A DNA stretch of 64,000 bases. Source: Tubulanus polymorphus (taxonomy: Eukaryota; Animalia; Nemertea). The position numbers and the translations under genes were made by a program. The stretch covers positions 15,673,807 to 15,737,806 of the forward strand of contig NC_134031.1 of the NCBI RefSeq assembly GCF_964204645.1, written 5' to 3'. Each line of letters starts with the position of its first letter. Position 1 is the stretch's first letter. The notes below the pieces were generated by a model that saw only the letters and a program-made list of their open reading frames with translations, had not been told where the DNA came from and ran no database searches. Shown one piece after another: positions 55,126 through 64,000 of the stretch.

Positions 55126-56469
55126 CGATCTGATTGGATTATGTGAATGGAAGATGTCTTACGGTCGTGTTTTTACGCAAAAACTATCGCCTGTTATTGC
55201 TTATATTTGCGTTCCAACTGAGATCTTCCCGAGAATTCTTTAATCAAGACTGAAATATTAGATAGATTAACTCGTTTTACGTTCGATATCTAACAGAGAA
55301 TAGGAAATAGTGAATCTACGATGGACCCAAGGATCTGAGTAGCTTGCAGGTCCACTAAGCGTTTCATTATTATCAAAAAATTTGAAATATGGTTAAGTTT
55401 ATGATATTATAGTTCTAGACATTTAATATCAATTCAGAATCTGATTATATACAGGCTGGAAAGACACGAGGATGTATGTATTATATGATGGTTTGTTCTG
55501 TTCACAGAAAAAAAACCTGGCGTTGGGCGGTTTATCTGGCGGAGACCGATATATCAGGGATTTGCTGCGTGCAATTGCCTTTATTCCTTCAGCACTTCCT
55601 CGCGTTCTCCTATACCTCAGGCAAAAATATAATTGGCTTAGATAAAGTGTGAAAAATGCTTCTTTTACATGTTACGAACATCGTTTGCATCCATGTGTTG
55701 TGTAAGCGATTATGAATTGAAAATGTGTATTTTCGCTAATAAATCTTGATAAAAATCATGACAGACATATTATATGACAGTACAGTTCTTTCGTATTTCT
55801 CTTATCGCCAGTCAGGTTCAAGCTTGGAGTCAACTGGGGTTACTCCAAAGTTCAAGTGACCAACAATCCACCATCTGAATGAGACATTGATGCAGCATCG
55901 ATATTGCGCTGAGAGAAAGCTATACGAACAGCTTTATCAACCGAACCATCGACGACTCTAAAACTGAGTAGAATCGTTTTTGTCTCCACGGCAAAACCAA
56001 CGATAAAAAGTGACTCATTTTTAAAAAGAATGAATGATTTCCAACAAAAAAAAATTACCGTTATATTAAAATCAAATCGATGATTAATTGTGGCCGATTG
56101 TGGCAAGGTCGTGCAAGCAATCGATTTCTATGAAAATTAATAAACGATTATAACATTCAGCGATCATGACAAATTGGTGTTTTATACTACGAGTCCAAAC
56201 AATCGAGTTATAAACTCACTTGTACTGTACTGAATAACAAAATGCGGGTAGAATCATCCATTATTTACAGTGAATATATTTCATACGATCATGAGACAGC
56301 GTGATCTAATTAGTTTTTTTTTTGTATTAAACACAGAAAATAAAGATATACAAATATTTTGAATACTCGAATTCGAATTCATTCGGAAAGGATATTTTGC
56401 ACGGATAGCTCTTGCTTACACGTGTATCTCGTGTCGGGAATTTCTACGTATATTTCTTTCCGTCAAACG

Positions 56470-57486
56470 ATGACTTGTAATCTAAGTTATTTCGGACCAA
56501 CTTTTTGGGGTCATCTGTTACAGAACGGTTACAACTCGACGTCTCACGCAGGACGGGTGTTCATGGCTGTGTTTATACCGGTTAACTCCGTTCTCGGACT
56601 GGCTGGAAATCTTACCGCGTTCGCAGTTCTGATTTTAACCCCGAGTCTACGAAAGTGTGGCTATTCGGCGATACTGTTGGTTCTGGCGTGTTCGGATTCT
56701 GTGGCGCTTATATCTCGACTGGTTATCTGGGGTAATCTGGTGGTAGCGATGGCGGGCCGGGGTTTAGGCGTTTCTCTCGATACAACGGCGAAATGTCTCG
56801 TTACCGAGCAAATTGGAGCGACAAGTTTTATCGACGCAGCCCTGATCGTATTGATTACGTTGGAGAGATTTGTTGTGATGTGTGTGCCGAAATTAAAATC
56901 ATACTGCACTTTTGAGAACGTGCTGAAAGCGGCACTGTTCGCGCTGGTGATTTGCGTGACAATCTGCGTAGCAATTACATCTTCGATCATACACGTTCCA
57001 GAATGCGAGTTCGGGTGCGTAGAACCGCGTTTTCGCAGTAAAATCAAACTGACTATCGCGAGTATAATCATCGGTCCATTGCCCGTCGCATTGATTTGCC
57101 TCTTCAACGGTCAAACCTTGCACAAGTTGGTGAGCCCTCGCGTTCCCAAACACCATCGCCGCGGTAAGGGTATCCACAACAAGACAACGCGAGCCACGAT
57201 CATGCTACTGGTAACGTCGTTCAGCTACGCGACGATCACGACCCCTTATTGCGTGGTGCTTTTCATCAAATACTTCAGCGCAAACAAATCTTTGATACGC
57301 AACATGAATAATTACCTGTTTCTCATTCGGTGCCTCGTTGATTTGAATTACAGCGTAAACTTCTTCCTTTACTACGTTTCTGGACAGGAATTCCGGGCCG
57401 GCGCGTCTAGGTTGATCGGACGTCCAGTGGAGACGCGACCAGACGAGACCACACCTAGCACCACCGACACGCTTTCTCTGTCGTAA
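56470..57486 (+). CDS. Intronless rhodopsin-class GPCR, tandem copy 2
   Basis: First ATG at 56470; near-identical to copy 1, with the flanks also duplicated. Confidence 0.88.
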   Translation: MTCNLSYFGPTFWGHLLQNGYNSTSHAGRVFMAVFIPVNSVLGLAGNLTAFAVLILTPSLRKCGYSAILLVLACSDSVALISRLVIWGNLVVAMAGRGLGVSLDTTAKCLVTEQIGATSFIDAALIVLITLERFVVMCVPKLKSYCTFENVLKAALFALVICVTICVAITSSIIHVPECEFGCVEPRFRSKIKLTIASIIIGPLPVALICLFNGQTLHKLVSPRVPKHHRRGKGIHNKTTRATIMLLVTSFSYATITTPYCVVLFIKYFSANKSLIRNMNNYLFLIRCLVDLNYSVNFFLYYVSGQEFRAGASRLIGRPVETRPDETTPSTTDTLSLS

Positions 57487-58089
57487 CGAGCTAATTGGAT
57501 TTTGTGATTGGCAGATGTCTTACGGTCGTTTTCACGCAAAAAGTATAGACTGTTTAAAATTTGATACCATGTACTTTAAATTCTCGTTCCAACTGAAAAC
57601 TTCTCAAGAACTCTTTAATCAAGACTGAAATATTAAAAGATAACTCCGCTTTACGTCGGATATCTAATCGAGAATAGGAGATATTGAATCTACGACGAAC
57701 AGAGGTTGGTCCCAAGAATCTACGAGTAGCTTCCTCGTGAGCAGTAGGTCGGTCCACTTCAAGCTTGGCATTACATTTTTATCATAAAACTAAAAATAAT
57801 TGAACTTTACGAGTCTTTAGCTCTTAACTTCGCATTATCTTGGTGTTTCATGTTGATGTGACAATTATATCCTAAATAACCTTGGTAAGGCTTTTTAGCA
57901 TAGTTTTAAATGCGAATGACTACAAGGAGACATTAGATTTAGTAAAAAAATCATAACAAATTGAAGTACCAAACATCATCAGCCATTTTGGTAGATGGCT
58001 CCCTCTTTGACGAAATTAGTGTGAACTATAGCCAGTGATGAAGTTCATGGCCTATTTTTCCTGCCTCCCCATAAACCAACATGCCGAAC

Positions 58090-58509
58090 GGTAGGGGCAC
58101 AGGAGCGTATTTTTTCGCCCGATCGCAGCGAATTTATTAATCGCCCGAAAAATTCGCTCGTGTGGCCACTCAGGGCGACGACGATTTCGTCGGCCGACTC
58201 GGTCGCCCGGCGACTCGCCGGTATCAAACATGTTTGATATTTTCGGTTATTTACGCCGGCGATCGGATCGCCCGCAAATTCGCTCGTCTGCCCACACTGG
58301 GCGAATTTCGCCGAGCGATCCATTTTTATCAACCAATAGGATGCATTGTTGATTGTTAACTCTCTCCCACTAAGTGCCAGTCGCTGACCGAATTTCGGTT
58401 TGATCGCTTAGTGTGCCCGCTCGTATCAGGCGTATAAATTCGTCGGCGAATTCGCTGGTGAATTTAATCGTCGCGATCGGGCGAAAAAATACGCTCGTGT
58501 GTCCCTACC
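58090..58509. mobile_element. MITE inserted in duplication copy 2
   Basis: 37-nt terminal inverted repeats GGTAGGGGCACAGGAGCGTATTTTTTCGCCCGATCGC with 2 mismatches; absent from copy 1. Confidence 0.8.
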
Positions 58510-60312
58510 TGAGGACGGGCATCCTGCTAGTGTATCATAAGATGGTTTGTTCTGTTCTCAAAACAAACCTGACGTTGGGCGGTCTATCAGGGGATTCACT
58601 CTTCGTGCTACCTCAAAACAAAATCAATCAAAAAACACCGTTTTCCTTTTATTGAAAAAATCCTCGTTTATTTTAATCCGATCAAAATCTCGTTGTGTCG
58701 TAAACAAACATAGTACATTTCAGAGGATCTTGAAAAATAGTCGTTTTACAATAATTTAGAATTTTTCTCTGCGATAATAAACTTCATCATTTCTTATTTT
58801 GTCGTCGAGTTACAAAAATATTTTCTTGAACTTCCCCCCACCCCCCCGGATCCGTCGTGGCGCCGACACAAATATAACTTTGAAGGCTACACACACGTTT
58901 TTACACATATCTACTCATATACGTATATAATTACATGTATATTGTAAAGACAATATCATCATTTTCTTGCCGATGTTTTCAACAAGAGTAAAAGACCAGT
59001 GACTGCTTGGAATAGATTTCAACGGTGGCTAATTTAACTGTGATACTTTAAAGAACAAACTTCAGCGGACCAGAAAAATATAATCGTCGAAGTGAATTTC
59101 CTCGTATCTTGATATGAAATTTTCGAATGGTCATCGGGTGAAAAGTACATCGTATATTTTCTTCTTTTTTTAAAAAAAAAAAGGTTCCACCCGCAAAAGC
59201 TAGTAGCGAAGTAACGATGATATCATTCAGACTGGAAAGGCTTTCTCACGCATATTAAGCGAGAATATCGGTGTAAAGTGATTTCATGAGTGTCCGATGA
59301 GAGGCAAGGAAAAATTCACTGGTAACGGCGACCCACAAAAATACATTGTCGTAAACATTAAATCATAGCAATATAGCTGCCTGTATCACTTAAATCCGAT
59401 AACAGAAACATTGCGAGTAAAATTGCTCAAAACCCCGAGTCATTGATTAGTAAATTCTAACGCGAATGATGCATGATACAATAGCTACGTCTACACTAGC
59501 ATTTCGCACCCGGATTTATGCGGCCGACTACACTCTCAAAACACGCGTCTCAACGCAAGAGTTTTTTTTTCTCGCAAAACCAGGGCCATTGTTGATGTCA
59601 TAGAAGGGTTTCTGAAACCCTGGGCTGGGTTTCATAGACCGGTATCAACTTTACCCCAGGGGCTAAATCATTTGAAAATGCATTGAGTAAACCCCCAGGC
59701 TCAAGTTGATACCGGTCTATGAAACCCAGCCCAGGGTTTTAGAAACCCTTCTTGGAAAAGTCTGTCTCAAAACTCTGCATTTTCTCTGGTTTCTTCTATG
59801 ACATCACCAACGGCGCTGCGTCACGATGTGATGTACAAGGGACCTCAAACTAAGATCAAGTTGAATGTCCACAATGGCTAGGTCTTCACGAATTATCGAA
59901 AACCAGGTGGACTGTGGTTGACCTTGAGGTTTCTTCGTTTATCCTATCACTTCAGCTAAAAATTTATGCCAGGCGTCTGCGCATGAAGGCGTATCAGATG
60001 TCCAAACCAGGTCAAACGTCGTTTGGCGATTACCTCGCTCCGCGGCAGGTACAACGCAGCATTTTGGCGCCATAATCGACCATGAACTTGAACTACAGAC
60101 GCGGATTCTTACTTAACCGCGAAACTCGGGTTCAACGAGCTAGTGTAGATAGACGTGGTTAATGACTTTTTTTATCCTACGAAGAAGTCGAACTCGACAA
60201 CACCTTATATTAATAATAGTCATGATAATCGACAGCAATCCATTCATACATCCATAACAAAATATATAACATGCTAAAGTTAGTGATTGATTAACAAATA
60301 TATGAACTGTTG

Positions 60313-60318
<6 letters not shown>

Positions 60319-60400
<82 letters not shown>
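60319..60400. repeat. (AT)n microsatellite
   Basis: Directly visible. Confidence 0.95.
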
Positions 60401-62741
60401 CATGTATACGTGTATATTTAAGTGCCGATGGCTTTCTTCAAACGAGGGGGCCATTCTCAAAGAATGACCCCCGAAAATCTTGGAATGAAGCTAGCGCAAA
60501 AAAAAAAATACACGACGCAGAAAATTAAGCCACACATAGACAGGTCCGTCTGTTTCCGCGATCCTAAACCCACTTCCCTGTTGCGTATCGTTTCGATTTT
60601 ATTATCACAGAATAACGTATTTACTTGCGTTTTGAGCGGAACCGAATTCGGCGCTTTCGACAAATAAAACACTTCAAAAGTGAATAAATGTTGAACCGGC
60701 GTGTACACGTTTTCGAAACGCTATACTTATATAACAAGGTAAACCTCGCCTTACTCGGGACGCGGCCGACTTGGACTTTCGAACTCGGGACGAAAACGAA
60801 ATAATTTTTTTGACTCTCTAACGTAATGCCCTATCCTTACTCGGACTTCCCTTACCTCGGACTGACTTCTCTGGTCCCGGTTCGTCTGAATTTTAGGCGA
60901 GGTGTACTGCGTTATAAGCGGCGGCGACCTAAATTCGTAACAGGGAACCCGATCGTTAACGGGACACGCAAAATATCACTTAGCAATTTCCATGGCGAGC
61001 ACGAAACGTAAAAACCTCGTACATTCAGCAGATGAATGAAAAGAATGATTCAACGAAACATGGTTCGAGAAAAAAACAGGTAAATCAACATCATCAACGC
61101 CAATTTAGCGGTCAATGAGCTAAACGAGCTAGAGTAAGAAAACGTTAATGGAAACAAAATAATATGAAGAGAAAAATAATAGCGAACACGATAAGCAAGA
61201 TATTTTCACAGCAACATATATACAATACACGCAGCTCCCCCTATCCACGGGCGTCACCAGAGGTAGGTGCAGGGGTGCGGACGACCCCCGAAGTTTGTTT
61301 TTCACATCCCGGAAATTTCATAGATATTCCGCCTAAAAAGGGTCCAGAAAACATCCCTTGTAAGCTTCGAATTTCAAAAATCTAAATTCAAAAAATTTCA
61401 ACGATTCAGAAATGATCTTTTCATCTTGAAGATCCTCAGATACATTGCAAAGTAAGGCATAAAGTTCCGCTCGTTGATATTCTGACCGCCTTCAAACAAC
61501 CCCAGTGACGCCCCTGCTTTCTAAATAATAATTTACCAAAATGAATCCTTTTTTACAGAATTCAATATTCAACGCATGATTATAAAATAATGTAAACTGA
61601 TTGTTCTAATAATAATTCTTAAGCCGACTAAATGCGAATAATTTCGCGCACTTTCGACTTACAAAGCTCGCTTAAAAACCTTGTTGTGCGGTCGAATATG
61701 AAAATCTGCGCAGACTAAGTGGCTTTTTAAAGATCATTCTATACGCCTTCACAATGATTTGTGACCATCGATACATTTGAATTCCAGAGATCAAATAATT
61801 TCATATTTTTTTCCTGATATAACTGTTTACATAAAGGGTCACCTCTTAAACGCTATTTAGTTATCCCTTTTATCATTTCACGGAGATTTTTAACAACGAT
61901 TCCTCTGATAAAATAAGCTGAATATTGTTTTATCATCATTACAATACGGTTATAGCAAAACTAGGGTAATAATATCAAACAACGTTTTCAACGCCTCCAC
62001 TTCGTGTCACATGTTTTCAAACACGAAATACCCGATCAAATCTAATATTCTCAACAAAAACACGTCAAATTAACAACTAAGCACGATTCAATATGAGCCA
62101 TATATAATAATAATAATAATAATAATAATGAGTTGAAACATAGACAACCGATCATTTTTTTTTTCTTTTAAATGAAAAATCAACGAAAATAAATTTCACG
62201 CAGAAAAAGCGCTTTTCACTCCCCGAACCAAAATTCTAATAAGCCTTAATCGACTTAGTGAATCAATGCAACAATCAGATCGGCGACTAGGTCATTAACC
62301 CTTTCCTGACCTAGATTTTCCATCTACCTGGGCTATATTATCTAGGCATTTTTTCGTTTGAATCATCAATTCTTTGATTTCATGATGACATTGCAATCTT
62401 CAGCAAAAATAAGGCTTATCAGATGATAATTGTAAGTAGACGTTCTGCTAGAGGGCAGCACTGTCGAGCCGAGCTTTTTTCCCACTCGATACAACTGATC
62501 ATAGTGCCACCGATCAGACTGCCTGAGTGGGGCAAGCTGATTTTTTAAGGGGGCAAGCGAAATTTGAGATTTGCTTGCCGCACGGGCAAGTGGCTTTTAT
62601 TCATGATTCCGTAGATCAAACCCTGGTATTTCACACATCAACCTACTGTATACAGCAGGAAAGGGTTAATATAGATAGTCAAACAATAGTTATTGAATGT
62701 TCAGACAGATGTCGCCACAGGTACGCGCGGAATGTGAATGA

Positions 62742-64000
62742 TCAGTGTTTCTCCGATGACGACGACGACGACGAGCCGCTGCATCGAGTCTCGTTCGTCG
62801 GCAGGTAGCTGCACCACTCGTTCAACTCGAGGTTCAAATATTCCGCAGTGTTCAGAAACAGTTTGCCGTTGAATCCGCCGACGGCGAACAGCCGGTTGCC
62901 GACGACGATCGCGCCGACGCTGACGCGCGGTGACACCATCATCGGTCCGTTGCTCCACGATTGCGTCGCCGGGTCGAAGATCTCGACCGACTGCTGCACG
63001 GAGTTCCCGTCGCTGCCTCCGATGACGTAGATCTTACCTAGAAAAAATAGTCGAGAACCGATATCAGCTCTAAACAGGAACGTGGACATACTTCCCGAAA
63101 AAACCCAACTAAAAGTTTTTTAACTCAAAAACTCTTTGTTTAGTTCAGTAGAACTCGCTTAATTCGGATGATCATTTTTGACCTAAAAATGTATCTAGTT
63201 CATGAGAATTTCGTATCTAACATCATACTTTACATACATTTACAGATCGGATTGAAATTCGAAATTATACTGATCTGAATTAAGCGGGTTTGACTTCAGT
63301 TTACGATCATAAAGTATTACGACGTTTGTAAACTATATCAGATACCTTTTACTTACATGAGTTCAGCAACGATAACGAAAAAGATGTTAAACGTAACTGC
63401 ACCGTGAATGAATAAATGAATGAATGACCGAATGAATGGAATGGTTTGTGCGCAAGGTATAATCTATAATCGCAACGATGATCATATGAATAACGAAACC
63501 GAACTACAATACAGTCAACCCTTGATTATTCACCATCCGATTATCGACCAGCGTCTTTTCCGCCCTAATTTTGAATCCCTGATTATCAGTTATGCGAGTA
63601 CAAGAAAATCATCCCAAAAGCGGCCGATAATCAAGAGTCAACTGTAATACAACATTTACAAAAATACTGTACATGGAAATTATAAGAAAAACAGCATGAA
63701 AAATTTGACGATCTGTGAATTATGCAATTGGAATGAAGTAGCTACTAGTTATATAACTAGAAATCAGTATAAGCTGCCTCGTGTAAATTCAAGTCAAAAT
63801 GTTCAACTTTGAGGTAGACAGAAAAACTGCCATTGAAATAACTAGTAGAGATGAAACAGTTCTTGAACGGTTAATGAAATATAGAAAAATTGATCTTGCA
63901 GAGGCACCAAAAAACAAAAAACAATATCGACTGTTGATTGACTTACCGTCAAAAGCTGCCACACCGGCCCCTCTACGACAAGAGGTCATAGACGGTAGAA
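62742..64000 (-). CDS. IVNS1ABP: 3' end of a kelch-repeat protein, IVNS1ABP (NS1-BP)-like; exons >64000-63947 and 63037-62742
   Basis: RRGAGVAAFD|GKIYVIGGSDG...FAVGGFNGKLFLNTAEYLNLELNEW resembles the last two kelch repeats of NS1-BP as I recall them; the phase-1 intron is consistent. Confidence 0.72.

Larger units (their letters stand above)
53200..58600 (+). repeat. Tandem segmental duplication (~53200-55570 and ~55630-58600) carrying the GPCR pair
   Basis: Shared non-coding blocks such as ttatgaattgaaaatgtgtattttcgctaataaatcttgata (53278 and 55711) and gatggtttgttctgttc...gttgggcgg (55487 and 58541). Confidence 0.9.

Noticed and set aside
54324-57177. Minus-strand ORFs over the GPCR pair
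   Set aside because: They are antisense shadows of the GPCR coding sequence.

Overview
This is AT-rich, intron-containing animal DNA. The intermediate filament type points to a protostome, probably a lophotrochozoan; the species is not identifiable from this window. The dominant feature is one ~29-kb cytoplasmic intermediate filament (IF) gene on the + strand (6700-35587) with a long lamin-type coil 1b and a lamin-tail (Ig-like) domain (LTD) but no CaaX box. It appears to be built combinatorially. Three paralogous first exons (head + coil 1a), each with its own CCAAT promoter and a phase-2 donor, feed one shared rod. The rod is followed by three clear and one candidate mutually exclusive post-rod exons, several Gly/Ser/Met-rich. 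Three of them can either stop or splice on to the LTD, one is terminal, and there is also a candidate 15-nt microexon. TGCATG (Rbfox-type) motifs and a possible competing RNA pairing cluster around these exons. Downstream lie an intronless peptide-receptor-like GPCR, a CFAP100/CCDC37-like gene (-), and an unassigned secreted precursor (signal peptide, acidic pro-region, KR, then a cationic 2-Cys peptide ending in Gly). After these come a tandem pair of GPCRs and the 3' end of an IVNS1ABP-like kelch gene (-). Non-coding DNA carries many MITEs, a tRNA-SINE, LINE 3' fragments, a Penelope/hammerhead-like palindrome and long (AT)n arrays. All exon models were read by eye from splice consensus and reading frame; none is transcript-verified.
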